From an uncultured Bacillota bacterium (lineage in GTDB: Bacteria > Sysuimicrobiota > Sysuimicrobiia > Sysuimicrobiales > Segetimicrobiaceae), in NCBI GenBank assembly GCA_963804645.1, contig CAWDRG010000010.1:142815-206814 (forward strand): a DNA stretch of 64,000 nt, given 5' to 3'. The first letter of the stretch is position 1. Each line of letters opens with the position of its first letter. The translations under genes were made by a program, and so were the position numbers. Positions 20,496 through 30,778 of the stretch are shown piece by piece. The notes beneath the pieces were generated by a model that was not told where the DNA came from, ran no database searches, and was given only the letters and a program-made list of their open reading frames with translations.

Positions 20496-21200
20496 CTAGA
20501 CCGTGTTCACCAATCGCGGCAAACGCTTGCGCAATCGTTCCGGATCCAGCACCTCCACCACACCCCGTCGGCGGCGCACGAATCCTTCGCGGGCGAGAAT
20601 CCGAAGCCACCGGTTGATGCTCTCCCGCGTCCCGCCCACGAGTTCGGCCAGTTCCTCCTGCGTCAGCCGGGGGGCGCTTACGACGCCGTCCGGATCAAGC
20701 CGCTCCCTATCCCCCACTTGCGCAAGCCGGAGGAGGACCTTCGTCAAGCGGGTTGGACCATCGAGAAACACCGCGTCGTGTGTCAGATCAGTGGTGCGCC
20801 GCAACCGGCGGCTCAATGCGGCCAGCAGGGGAGCGACCGCGTTCGGGTGGCTGCCCAAGAACCTCAGGAGGTCCACTCGCTCCAGGACGAGGAGCTTGGA
20901 GGGGCTCCGTGCCACCGCCGTGGCCGATCGCATGCCACCGTCCAGCAGCGCAAGCTCGCCGAAGAATCCGCCCGATCCGAGCAAGGCCAGGATGACTTCC
21001 TTTCCATCGGGGGAAAGGAGTGTCAATTTCACTTCACCGTCTTGGATGAGGTACAGGGTGGTTCCGGGATCGCCCTCGGAAAAGATCACCGCCCCCTTCC
21101 GATAGGGATGAGACCGGAAGAACGCCGCGAGAGCATCACACTCAGCGCTCGATAATCCGCCAAAAAGGGGCGTCTCCGCGAGAATCATCCGGACGGACAT
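20496..21200 (-). CDS. Crp/Fnr family transcriptional regulator
   Basis: cNMP-binding FGELALLDG..RSATA; HTH LTQEELAELVGGTRESINR. Confidence 0.93.
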   Translation of the reverse strand: MSVRMILAETPLFGGLSSAECDALAAFFRSHPYRKGAVIFSEGDPGTTLYLIQDGEVKLTLLSPDGKEVILALLGSGGFFGELALLDGGMRSATAVARSPSKLLVLERVDLLRFLGSHPNAVAPLLAALSRRLRRTTDLTHDAVFLDGPTRLTKVLLRLAQVGDRERLDPDGVVSAPRLTQEELAELVGGTRESINRWLRILAREGFVRRRRGVVEVLDPERLRKRLPRLVNTV

Positions 21201-21325
21201 TTCCCCTCCCCGCCCTGTCCGGCGTATCTTTCGATGACACACCGCGCGTGACACAAGCACGCGGGTTTCCGGTCGAGACAGGGGCGGTTTCCGAATCTAG
21301 TATCATGCGCCTGCACATCCGTCAC

Positions 21326-21390
21326 CGTGACGGAGATCACACCGCGAGGTGATGTGGATCAACACCAGTTTCCACACGGTCGAGTACGAT
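21326..21390 (+). promoter_or_regulatory. tandem CRP-like boxes plus -10 element (class II/III-type promoter)
   Basis: CGTGA-N6-TCACA (21326-21341), GGTGA-N6-TCAAC (21348-21363), TACGAT (21385-21390). Confidence 0.7.
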
Positions 21391-21422
21391 GGGCACGATC
21401 TCAAACGAAAGGAGGAAACCAC

Positions 21423-21617
21423 ATGCTGCGGTCATGGAAGGCGATAGCAAGCGCAGTGGCGATGCTTGCCCTGGGAACCGCGTGGAGTTTAGCAGCAGGT
21501 GCCGCCGTGGCGGAAGACGACACGCAGATCCTGATGCCACAGACTCCGATGCCCATCCCTGTGAGCCTACCGTCGTTGATCTCTGGCGCTACGGCGTATG
21601 ATGTGCTGCCGCAATGA
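21423..21617 (+). CDS. small secreted protein (64 aa)
   Basis: AAAGGAGG RBS; signal peptide MLRSWKA...AVA|ED; paralogous N-terminus to 22116-22310. Confidence 0.75.
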   Translation: MLRSWKAIASAVAMLALGTAWSLAAGAAVAEDDTQILMPQTPMPIPVSLPSLISGATAYDVLPQ

Positions 21618-22014
21618 GTCCAGACGTTGGCGAGGCAACGCTGCGCCCGCCGCGGCGGGCGCAGCTAGCCCCAACGCCAACAGCGCGAATCTCCGATCCC
21701 CGGAGATTACGGGAGTCGCCTCGATGCTCAACGCTTTGATCACGGCCGCACCCCCTCTTCTCCGCTAGTGGAACAAGTCGCACTCCTACGCTAAGAAGTT
21801 GGAGCGACGTCGGTCTGGACCGCGTCACCAGCTCCTCGCCCAGGTCCCGCTGACCACGTGACATCGAACATGCTGACGTTCCGACGTTCATCGCCGGCGT
21901 CGCCTCGGTGAAACCGGCCTGTGACAACTTCGCAGGCGACCGGCACATCGCTGGACGCCGCGTGCACCGTTGGGTTGGGAACGGATCTTTCTATTCTCGA
22001 CACGGCTGATCCAA

Positions 22015-22079
22015 TGTGCGCAACATCACGTCCGTGTGTGACGCCGGTCAACGTGGCTTTCCGCAGTTTCAAGTACGAT
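22015..22079 (+). promoter_or_regulatory. tandem CRP-like boxes plus -10 element
   Basis: TGTGC-N6-TCACG (22015-22030), TGTGA-N6-TCAAC (22037-22052), TACGAT (22074-22079); spacing identical to 21326-21390. Confidence 0.7.
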
Positions 22080-22115
22080 GATCCCGCAGCAAAAAAACGT
22101 AAGGAGGCGATGACA

Positions 22116-22310
22116 ATGGAGCGGACGTGGAAGGCAGTGTGCAGCGTGCTGGCTCTGGTCACGGTTGGGGCGGTCCTGGCGCTGGCGCCGGGGGCGGCGC
22201 TGGCTGAGGACGCCAGCGCCAATGGCAACGGAATCGGCGTGGCGAGCGGCGGCGTCACCCTCGATCCCGCCACCCAGGTCGGGAACGCGCAGGGCGACCA
22301 CGGGCAGTAA
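22116..22310 (+). CDS. small secreted protein (64 aa)
   Basis: TAAGGAGG RBS; signal peptide MERTWKA...ALA|ED. Confidence 0.75.
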   Translation: MERTWKAVCSVLALVTVGAVLALAPGAALAEDASANGNGIGVASGGVTLDPATQVGNAQGDHGQ

Positions 22311-22750
22311 GCGGGTGGGGCAGCCGGAGATTGCGCAACACGGATGCTCGATCACGCGAATAGGCACAGCCGGGCGGAGTTGGTCTCGTCGCCCGGCTGT
22401 GCCACGTGAGGGCGTCATCGTCGAGAGCACCACCGGCCCCTTGGCCCTTAGTCACTCGCAGCAGCCTGCGGATCGTCCTTCCCGCGTCCACTGAGTATCC
22501 CGGTCGTCGCACCCCGCCGTCCTGCGGACATGCTGGACCCGTACCCCAATGGCGCCGCCACAGGATGGGGTGAGGGCCTGGACAGCGACCCCGGCCCGGC
22601 GAATGAGTGCACCTCGACAGAACCGAGCGGTTGGGAAGCGCTGGATGGTTCGTGTTGGCCGGTACGAGTGTGATGAAGCGGTTGCCCGCCCCACGTCGCA
22701 GGGCGGGCTAGTGTTCGCCAACCCCTCGCGACCCAACCGATCCCTCGCCG

Positions 22751-23563
22751 TCACACGCGGTCGACACGTGGAAAGCGGTCTACGGGAAAGATGTCGACGG
22801 TCGCCGATCGCTGCTGCACCAGCAGCCCGCCGTCGACGACCAGCAGATGTCCGGTGATGTACCGCGCGTCGTCGCTGGCGAGAAACACGGCGGGGCCCCC
22901 CAGGTCGCTCGCGTCTCCGACGCGTCCGAGCGGAATGTTCTCGCCGCGAGCCGTCCGGGTCTCGCGGTTCATCCCGCCGTTATCGATCGAACCCGGGACC
23001 AGCGCATTCACCCGGATTCCGTACGGGGCCAGATCCAGCGCCATGGCGCGGGTCAGCGCCTCCACCCCGCCCTTCGCGGCATCGTACGCCGCGTTTCCGC
23101 GATGCGCGCGGGACGCGCCGCCGCTCGACAGGTTAATGATGACCCCGGCGCCCTTCCGCGCCATGATCTGCGCCGCGGTGAACCCACAGAGAAAGACGCT
23201 CCGGAGGTTCACCGCGATGATCCGGTCCCACCACGCCGCATCGCCGTCCAGAAAGTGGCGCATGGTGTCGACGAGGGCGGCGTTGTTGACGAGCACATCG
23301 ACGGTCCCGAAGCGCTGGACCGCCGTGCTGAACAGACGCTCCACCTGCGAAGCATCCGAGACATCGGCGGCCACCGCGATGGCCGAGCCGCCTGCCGCCG
23401 CGAGCGTTTGGACAACGGCCTCGGCGCCCGCCCCGTTGATGTCGTTCACCACGACGTGCGCGCCTTCCCGAGCAAATCGCTCCGCGATCGCGCGCCCGAT
23501 ACCGCCGGCCGCTCCCGTGACGACCACGGTTTTTCCAGACACCGTCCCGTTCGACGTCGTCAC
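22751..23563 (-). CDS. SDR family oxidoreductase
   Basis: TGAAGGIG, NNAA, YDAAK, VDGG. Confidence 0.93.
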   Translation of the reverse strand: MTTSNGTVSGKTVVVTGAAGGIGRAIAERFAREGAHVVVNDINGAGAEAVVQTLAAAGGSAIAVAADVSDASQVERLFSTAVQRFGTVDVLVNNAALVDTMRHFLDGDAAWWDRIIAVNLRSVFLCGFTAAQIMARKGAGVIINLSSGGASRAHRGNAAYDAAKGGVEALTRAMALDLAPYGIRVNALVPGSIDNGGMNRETRTARGENIPLGRVGDASDLGGPAVFLASDDARYITGHLLVVDGGLLVQQRSATVDIFPVDRFPRVDRV

Positions 23564-24001
23564 GGGAGCGCCAGCTCACCCAGAACGTCGGGGGTCGATA
23601 CTGTCACCGATCCTCCCGGACACCGCGTCCCCAGGCGGCCACCAGCACGCGGGGCACGCTCCAAATCACGTAGCAGGCGTTGTAGCCGATCAAGGCTGCC
23701 AACACGAGCAGCAGGGACGATGGTCAAGTCGCGCACATCCCGCGGTCCTTCAACTTCTTCCAGGTCAGCGGCTGTCTGAACACGTCCCACACCTCCAAGA
23801 ACGCCCCGCGCGTCCAGATGCACCTTCTCTTCCCCCTCATAGGATCCTTGCCTGTGCGTCGTGTCAAGCCGAATCGCGTGTACGTGGGAGACGGCGTTTC
23901 CGTCGACCCGGCTCCGCGGAATCCATACGTCGCCCGATAGACGCAAGAGGGTTCAAGCTGTACGTTCAGGGTGGAAACTAGCGCACGGGTCGCGTGTACC
24001 T

Positions 24002-24088
24002 CCAGCCGATAAGAGCAACCCCCAGCGGCGCGGGGGACGCAAAGCCTACGGGGCCCGATCGTGGGTCAGCCGAGGCTGCCGAAGCTGG
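24002..24088 (+). ncRNA. GEMM-I (c-di-GMP-I class) riboswitch aptamer, A20 variant
   Basis: AAGAGCAACC..GGGACGCAAAGCC..GGGCCC..CAGCCGAGGCTGCCGAA; P1 CCAGC/GCTGG. Confidence 0.85.
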
Positions 24089-24108
24089 GCAATCGTGTCC
24101 GGCTTTTT
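24083..24108 (+). terminator. intrinsic terminator overlapping riboswitch P1
   Basis: AGCTGGGC-AATCGT-GTCCGGCT-TTTT. Confidence 0.7.
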
Positions 24109-24262
24109 GCATTTGTGGAGGAGGAGCTGGAGGAATGACAGCAGGCGGCGTGTTGCGACGGCTGAATTGCCTGGCCAGGCCGGCGTGCCCAGCGCGGGGA
24201 CTGAGTGCCTCGGCGCCGACCGAGTGTCGGCCGTATGCGAAGCGCTGCGGGAGGGATCGACG

Positions 24263-24805
24263 ATGCATGCAAGATCGAAGTCGAAGCTCGCAACCGGCGT
24301 TGTGATCGGGATTTGCGTCTTACTGTGGGCCACTCCTCTCGCCGGTCAAGCCCGGGAAGATTGGCCGATCACGGAGACACAAGGAATACTTGCGACCGTG
24401 GACCTTGCAGGCATGACGGCAACACTCAGTACGCCCGCCGGGCCGCAAGTGTATACGCTGGCATCGATGACCGCCGTGCGTGTGGGTGGGGAAACGGAGA
24501 CCCTCGGTGCGCTGCCATCGTTTATCGGTGCCGGGGCGGTGGTGCTGTCGACGACCGTCGGCGGGGCCGCGATTGCGGGGCGCGTGGATATTCTGGTCTT
24601 CCCTGCGGCCGGGACCGTGGGCACGGATACCGGAGGAGCCACCGGCCAAGAGGGTGGGCCAGGCGGCTCGAGCGGGTCCAGCGGCGCGCGCGTCGGACCC
24701 TGCTCGGAGTGCGGCAGCGCAGCGGGGACGGGTCCAGGCGGAGCCGGTGGCGGCGGCAACCGCAGCGGCAACGGCGGTGTTAATGAAGGCGGCGGTCGGC
24801 CATAA
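24263..24805 (+). CDS. secreted protein with beta-rich domain and Gly-rich tail with CxxC
   Basis: GGAGGG RBS, signal peptide; N-domain clearly paralogous to 37533-39311. Confidence 0.8.
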   Translation: MHARSKSKLATGVVIGICVLLWATPLAGQAREDWPITETQGILATVDLAGMTATLSTPAGPQVYTLASMTAVRVGGETETLGALPSFIGAGAVVLSTTVGGAAIAGRVDILVFPAAGTVGTDTGGATGQEGGPGGSSGSSGARVGPCSECGSAAGTGPGGAGGGGNRSGNGGVNEGGGRP

Positions 24806-25130
24806 CGACGACGCTCGCGAAGACGGTGACATCTGAGGCGATGGCCTCATCGATGAGACATTCACCATTGCGGAGGTCGGTCAGCAAGAGTTCGAGGCGT
24901 TGACGTAGAGGGTACGGGCCGGAGATCTCTTCGACCCACAGAGGCGACGGACTAGTGTCTGTCGCCTCTGGCGCATCGCGAGGTTCGCGCGGCGGCGGCG
25001 CGGCCCCCGCCGCCGCCGTACCCTACCGGCTAGGCGGCCCGCCATATGGGTATGGACATTTTGGCCCCATCGTGGCATTCTACGCTGGACGGTCTTGGAA
25101 GGTCTGACCGAGCCGACTGAGCGCTCGGGA

Positions 25131-25223
25131 CGTTCCTTCCGAAAGAGCAAACCTGGGGCAACCTAGGGACGCAAAGTCACGGGACCCTCGACTGAGGGCC
25201 AGCCGGATTGCCGAGGAGGAACG
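25131..25223 (+). ncRNA. GEMM-I riboswitch, A20 variant, RBS-sequestering
   Basis: AAAGAGCAAACC..GCAA..GGGACGCAAAGTC..CAGCCGGATTGCCGA; P1 CGTTCCTTC pairs with GAGGAGGAACG, which contains the RBS. Confidence 0.85.
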
Positions 25224-25225
25224 GG

Positions 25226-25759
25226 ATGACGCACCGCCCGCCATCCACCGCACGGAGTGTGTTCCTCATAGTCGCGGCTCTCGCGATCGGCGCGATCCCC
25301 CAGTCTTCGTCGGCCCAGATCCCGCCGAGTGCGGGAACCGCGATCGTGCGGACCGGCAGCGCGGCCACCACGTATGAGTATCTTACTTCGGACGAGAACA
25401 AGCTGCTTACCCTGGTCAACGACGTTCGTGCGCAGCATCATCTGGGTCCACTCGCCATGAATCCGTCCCTGCGCCAAGTCGCGCGTGACCACTCCCGGGA
25501 GATGATTCTTCAGGGGTATGTCGGACACGGCTCACCGTCGAACGAATCGTTCCTTGACCGGATGGCGCGAGTCGTCCCGGCCGGCACGCGGGTCGGGGAG
25601 AACGTGGCCGCCGCGCAAACCGCGGAGGCGGCACATGCGGCATTTGTGGCCAGTACCTACCATCTGCAGAACATGCTGACGCCGACGTTCCGCAGGGTGG
25701 GAATCGGCATTGCCACCGCCGGGGACGTTGTGATGGTCACGGAGGATTTTGCCGAGTAG
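25226..25759 (+). CDS. secreted CAP (SCP) domain protein
   Basis: Signal peptide; LVN..R..H.L.PL, ARDHS.EM, GENVA, S..H..NML, VGIGI. Confidence 0.88.
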   Translation: MTHRPPSTARSVFLIVAALAIGAIPQSSSAQIPPSAGTAIVRTGSAATTYEYLTSDENKLLTLVNDVRAQHHLGPLAMNPSLRQVARDHSREMILQGYVGHGSPSNESFLDRMARVVPAGTRVGENVAAAQTAEAAHAAFVASTYHLQNMLTPTFRRVGIGIATAGDVVMVTEDFAE

Positions 25760-25869
25760 CTGGCGTCTAACGCTCGTGGGGGAAAGCGCCCTCCCCATTC
25801 CAGCCTGACGCGTCGCGTTCCCCGGCTCCCGCAGCGCGAGCGTGGCTGCCCGGCGCGCCCGCGCGATTC

Positions 25870-27501
25870 CTACGTCGCCCCGCGCCGAAGATCATGCAGG
25901 TGCTTCATGACGCCGGTGCCGCCCTCGCCAAAGTATCGCGCCATGTCGAGATAGTCCCGATACAACTCCTCATAGACCCGCCTCGCCTGCCCGTCCGGGC
26001 GGTAGATCACACGCTCGGCGCTTCCCATCCGCCTGATCACCCCGGTCATGTCTGTCCCGCCGGCGGCCGCTGCGGCCGCGTAGACCGCCGCACCGACACC
26101 CGACGCGTCCGGCACCCGCGCGGCCAGGATCGGCCGTCCCGTCACGTCCGCGGTGATCTGTAGGAGCAGCGCGTTCCGCTCGGCGAGCCCGCCGCAAGCG
26201 TGCACCCCCACCACGGGCACCCCGCCGGCCTCGAACGTCTCGATGACGCGGCGGGTCCCGTACGCCGTCGACTCGAGCAGAGCCCGATACACCTCTGCCG
26301 GCTCGGTCGTCAGTGTGAGACCCAGCACGGCACCTGAGAGGTCGGCGTCGACGAGCGGCGTGCGGCACCCGTTCCACCAATCGAGCGCGAGGAGTCCCGA
26401 CGCGCCGGGAGCGAGCCGGGCGGCCTCGCCCTCAAGTCGCTCGAACACACCGGCCTCTCCATAGCGTGACGGCACGCTCGTCCGCACGAACCACTGGAAG
26501 ATGTCTCCCACAGACGCCTGCCCCGCCTCGTACCCGAACAGCCCGGGCACGATGCCGTCCTCGACCACGCCCGAGATCCCGCGGACCGGCCGGCGCTGAC
26601 CATCGATCATGAGATGGCAGGTGGATGTCCCCATGATCATAACGAGGTGTCCCGCCTCGTGCACGCCGAGCGCCGGCACCGCGGCGTGGGCGTCGATCAC
26701 GGCAACCGCTATCGGCGTGCCCGCCCGCAACCCGGTGCGCGACGCCCACGGGGCCGCGAGGCCGCCGGCCCGCGTGCCCACGGGACGCGGATCACGGCCC
26801 AGCGCACCGCGCAGGCCAGCGAGCCCGGGATCGAGCGCGCGCCAGAACTCTTCCACCGGGTACCCCGCGTCCTTCTGCCAGTGGGCTTTGTAGCCCGCCT
26901 GGCAGGCGCTCCGCGTTTCGGCGCCGGTCAGCTGCCACACGAGCCAGTCGCCGCCCTCGATCCACCGCGCCATCGCGCGCGACACGGACGCTGGCGCCTC
27001 AGCGAGCACCTGCCACCCCTTGGCCCACATCCACTCAGAGGACGTCTTGCCCCCGTAGAGCGCCAGAAACTCTCCGCCCGGCTGCGCGGCCATGGCGTTG
27101 ATGCGATCGGCGTACGGCTGCGCCGCGTGGTGCTTCCACAGCTTGGGCCACGCGTGCGGCTCAGCCTGAAACTCCGGGACCAGGCACAATGGGGTGCCGT
27201 CGGCGGTGGCGGGCAGCACGGTGCACGAGGTGAAGTCGATCCCGATCCCGACGATGTCCTCCGGGCGTCCCCCGGCACCCACGGCACGCAGCAGCGTGTC
27301 CGCCGCCTCGAGCCAGTCACCCGGATGCTGCAGCGCCCAGTCCGGCGGCAGGCGGTCCGCCCGACCCGGCAGCGTCCGGTCGAGCACGCCGTGCGGATAC
27401 GCGAACGACGCGGACGCCAGCACCCGGCCGTTGTCGACGTCCACCAAGACGCCGCGCGCGGACTCGGTCCCGAAATCGATGCCGACCGCGTGGCGGCTCA
27501 T
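25870..27501 (-). CDS. araB: ribulokinase (FGGY family)
   Basis: GIDFGTESAR, WALQHP.D, KLWKHHAAQ, IDAHA, MGTSTCH, LDWWNG.R. Confidence 0.9.
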   Translation of the reverse strand: MSRHAVGIDFGTESARGVLVDVDNGRVLASASFAYPHGVLDRTLPGRADRLPPDWALQHPGDWLEAADTLLRAVGAGGRPEDIVGIGIDFTSCTVLPATADGTPLCLVPEFQAEPHAWPKLWKHHAAQPYADRINAMAAQPGGEFLALYGGKTSSEWMWAKGWQVLAEAPASVSRAMARWIEGGDWLVWQLTGAETRSACQAGYKAHWQKDAGYPVEEFWRALDPGLAGLRGALGRDPRPVGTRAGGLAAPWASRTGLRAGTPIAVAVIDAHAAVPALGVHEAGHLVMIMGTSTCHLMIDGQRRPVRGISGVVEDGIVPGLFGYEAGQASVGDIFQWFVRTSVPSRYGEAGVFERLEGEAARLAPGASGLLALDWWNGCRTPLVDADLSGAVLGLTLTTEPAEVYRALLESTAYGTRRVIETFEAGGVPVVGVHACGGLAERNALLLQITADVTGRPILAARVPDASGVGAAVYAAAAAAGGTDMTGVIRRMGSAERVIYRPDGQARRVYEELYRDYLDMARYFGEGGTGVMKHLHDLRRGAT

Positions 27502-27508
27502 GCCCTCG

Positions 27509-28924
27509 TCAGGCGAACACCCTGTAGTCGATCCCGAACATCTTCGCGGCCCACACGAGCTCGTCGACGTAGTCGCCGTACACGCCGTGGATGTGGTTGC
27601 TGTCGTACTCGGACAAGAACACGTCCGGGGCCACCCGGAAGCGTGCGAACGCGTGGGGCCACGTCGGGCTCGTCGCGGCGGCCTTGGCCTGCGCGACCAC
27701 CGGAGGGAACTCGACGAACTCTCCCGGCACGATCGCAAGCCAGTACCGGCCCCGCCGACGCGCCAGCCGCGCGAGCGTGACCGGGCCAGGCGCCGCGATG
27801 TGCATCACCGACGCGCCGCCGGCGGGAAAGTAGATGTCCGCGGGATACAGGCTCACGCGCGACAGGTTCACCGCGGGGTCGAGGGACTTACCCGCGAAGT
27901 ACGTCGCGTGCTCCCCGGAGTTGCACAGGTCCCAGACGTCGTCGGCCGCGTCGTAGTGCCGCACGTCCGCGAACAGCACGGGGGTCCCCGCGATGTGCTT
28001 GAAGATCTCCATCGTCAGGGCGCCGTCACTGTCCGCCTCGGTCGCGCACACGATCGGATCGTGCGGACCCTCCCAGTCGTACGGGTCGTTGAGCAGCGCC
28101 TCGGCCACATCCATCGTGGCGAAGAAGTTGGTCATCTCCGGCTGGCCCTTGATCCCGCAGAACGCACACCGCCACTCATCGAGGATCTCGCGCACCGCCA
28201 GGTAGGATTTCAGCTGGCGGCGGAGGAGCGCGGGCGTCAGCCGCTTGCCGTCGTAGTGGATCGCCGCTCCGTGCCGCTCGAGCCACGCGATCCCCGCGTC
28301 GGCGCGCGTGTCGGCCATCGCGTCGGCGCGGCGGACGATCTCAAACTGATCGATATGCTCGATGTCGATGCCGAACTCGCGCCGCCACTGATCGAGCGCG
28401 GGCACCGCCGTGTACATGCCCATCGAGCGGCCGCCGATCAGTCCGTAGACCTCGCCGCGGAGGCGGTTCTTCGCGACCGCCGGCCGCAGAAATCGCAGCA
28501 CGCGCTGGAACACCGCGTCGTCCCCAATGTCACCCGAGATCCGCCCGCAGAACACCCCGATCTGGTCCAGGCTGCCGGCCGCCGCGAGCATCGCTACCAA
28601 CCCCGGATACGTGGGGTTGACGTTGCTCAGCAGGAGTAGCGGGTGCGGGACAAACTCCGCGGCGATCGCGGAGAAATGCGGAAACGCCCAGATGCCGTAG
28701 TTGAAGACGACCGCCTCGACCTCCTGCGCCGCCAGGTACCGCCCCTCGCGCTGCGCGAGATCGGTGGTCCACACGATCTCCCGGCCGGCGACCACGTCCC
28801 ATCCGGCCTCGCCGAGCCGCGCGGCCAGGCGCGCCTGGAACTGTTGCGTGAGCGGCAGGAGTTCGCGGTGCATGTGCGGCCGTCCATCCGAGAAAGTCAG
28901 AATCCCGACCTTCGGCCGTTTCAT
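27509..28924 (-). CDS. L-fucose/D-arabinose isomerase family protein
   Basis: GGRSMGMYT, GIKGQPEM, EALLNDPYDWEG, ATEAD.DGALTM, FADVR, TSPTWPHAF, SNHIH. Confidence 0.85.
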   Translation of the reverse strand: MKRPKVGILTFSDGRPHMHRELLPLTQQFQARLAARLGEAGWDVVAGREIVWTTDLAQREGRYLAAQEVEAVVFNYGIWAFPHFSAIAAEFVPHPLLLLSNVNPTYPGLVAMLAAAGSLDQIGVFCGRISGDIGDDAVFQRVLRFLRPAVAKNRLRGEVYGLIGGRSMGMYTAVPALDQWRREFGIDIEHIDQFEIVRRADAMADTRADAGIAWLERHGAAIHYDGKRLTPALLRRQLKSYLAVREILDEWRCAFCGIKGQPEMTNFFATMDVAEALLNDPYDWEGPHDPIVCATEADSDGALTMEIFKHIAGTPVLFADVRHYDAADDVWDLCNSGEHATYFAGKSLDPAVNLSRVSLYPADIYFPAGGASVMHIAAPGPVTLARLARRRGRYWLAIVPGEFVEFPPVVAQAKAAATSPTWPHAFARFRVAPDVFLSEYDSNHIHGVYGDYVDELVWAAKMFGIDYRVFA

Positions 28925-28962
28925 TCGTCACCCCCGTCAAGACGGCTCGCGCCCGGCTTGCG

Positions 28963-29820
28963 TCAGCCCTTGATGCCGGTCGTCGTGATCCCCTGCGTGA
29001 AGTAGCGCTGGAGCAGGAAGAACGCGAGCAGCGCCGGCGCGGTGGCCATCACCGCGGAGGCCAGCGGCGGGCCGAACGCCGGGGCCGAGCCGCTTGTGCC
29101 CGCCTGGGCACCCATGTACTGTGCGATCCCGACCGGCAGCGTGCGGGCGCGGTCGCTGCTCGTCGCGATCAACGGCCACAGGAAGTTGTTCCACGAGCTG
29201 ACGAACGTCAGCGCGGCGACCGCGGCCATCGCCGGACGGCTCAGCGGCAGCACCACACGGGCAAAGACCTGCAGGTCCCCGGCCCCGTCGATCCGCGCGG
29301 CCTCCTCGAGCTCGGCGGGAATACCCAGGAAAAACTGCCGCATCAAAAAGACGCCGGTGACGTTTGCGGTCGTCGGTAGAATGAGCGCCTGGAACGTATC
29401 GAGCATGCGGACCTGCGCGAAGATCAGAAACAGCGGAATCACGGTCACCTGGATCGGCACGAGCAGCATCGAGATGATGACGTCGTAAATGATGCCGCGG
29501 CCGGGAAAGGAAAACCGGGCCAGCGCGTAGCCCGCCATCGCATCGATGGCGACGACGATGGCGGTCGCGACGACCGCGACAACGACGCTGTTGGCCATCC
29601 AGCGGAGGAACGCGTACTTCGCGAGGACCCGCTGGAAGTTTTCCAGCGTCAGCGTCTGCGGGATCCAGTGGGGCGTGGCCGACAGGATCTGCCCCTCCGG
29701 CTTGAGCGCGGTGGACACCATCCAGATGATCGGGGCGACGGCGATGACCACGATCGCGACCTCGGCCGCGTACATCAGCACCGCGGCGACCTCGCGGCGG
29801 ACCGTCCGCCGCGAGGTCAC
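28963..29820 (-). CDS. carbohydrate ABC transporter permease
   Basis: ELEEAARIDGA EAA motif, WNNFLWP. Confidence 0.92.
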   Translation of the reverse strand: MTSRRTVRREVAAVLMYAAEVAIVVIAVAPIIWMVSTALKPEGQILSATPHWIPQTLTLENFQRVLAKYAFLRWMANSVVVAVVATAIVVAIDAMAGYALARFSFPGRGIIYDVIISMLLVPIQVTVIPLFLIFAQVRMLDTFQALILPTTANVTGVFLMRQFFLGIPAELEEAARIDGAGDLQVFARVVLPLSRPAMAAVAALTFVSSWNNFLWPLIATSSDRARTLPVGIAQYMGAQAGTSGSAPAFGPPLASAVMATAPALLAFFLLQRYFTQGITTTGIKG

Positions 29821-30722
29821 GCCGAGACCTCCGACGGCAGCAGCCGCTGCTGCAGCCACGCCAGCAGCAGCAGCAGCGCAAACGTGACGTACGCGATCGC
29901 CGACCCGTACCCGAGCTTGAACGTCTGAAACGCCTGGAAAAACAGGTATTGCACGAGGGTCAGCGTGGCCGTGCCGGGGCCGCCGCCGGTCATGACGTAT
30001 ACCTGGTCGAAGACCTGGAACGTGTTAATGATGGTCAGCATGACGACGACGAACGTCGTCGGACGCAGCAGAGGGATCGTGATGTGCCGCAGCACCTGCC
30101 AGGCGCCCGCGCCGTCGATCCGCGCCGACTCCTCGAGCTGCGGCGGGATGTCCTGCAGGCCGGCCAGGAAGATCACCATGTTGTAGCCGATGGTCCACCA
30201 CACGGTGGTCAGCGCGATCGCGGGCATGGCCGCGATCTGACTGGACAGCCATGGGATCGGGCCGAGGTGGACCTTGGCGAGATAGTAGTTCAGCAGCCCG
30301 AAGTTGCTGTCAAGGATCCACGTCCAGAGAATGCCGACGACGGCCGACATCATCGCGTACGGCGCGAAGATCAGCACCCGCGCCGCACCGCGGCCGGCGA
30401 TGGGCCGGTTGAGGAGCAGCGCGAATGCGAGTCCGAGTACGATCAGCGTGGGCGCCGTGAGGAAGAGGAAGTAGAACGTGTTCGCGACCGATGTGAAGAA
30501 CAGCGGGTCGTGGACGAGCGCGCGGTAGTTCGCGAGTCCGACGAACTTCGGCGAGCCGACGATGCTCCACGACGTGAAGCTCGTCAGGAACCCGCCGACG
30601 ACCGGACCGAACCGGAACAGGACGAAGACAACGAGATACGGCAGCAGAAACAGATACGGCGTAAATGGGGACCCACCCCCCACGAGGCGGTGCCCGTGTG
30701 CGCGCTGAGGCAGGACCTTCAT
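29817..30722 (-). CDS. carbohydrate ABC transporter permease
   Basis: FVGLANY, LAGLQDIP..LEESARIDGA, FQVFDQVYVMT. Confidence 0.92.
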   Translation of the reverse strand: MKVLPQRAHGHRLVGGGSPFTPYLFLLPYLVVFVLFRFGPVVGGFLTSFTSWSIVGSPKFVGLANYRALVHDPLFFTSVANTFYFLFLTAPTLIVLGLAFALLLNRPIAGRGAARVLIFAPYAMMSAVVGILWTWILDSNFGLLNYYLAKVHLGPIPWLSSQIAAMPAIALTTVWWTIGYNMVIFLAGLQDIPPQLEESARIDGAGAWQVLRHITIPLLRPTTFVVVMLTIINTFQVFDQVYVMTGGGPGTATLTLVQYLFFQAFQTFKLGYGSAIAYVTFALLLLLAWLQQRLLPSEVSA

Positions 30723-30778
30723 CGTCGACGAGACGGCCCGGAGGTTCCGATGCCTCCGGGCCGCCGAACCGGCTCCGA

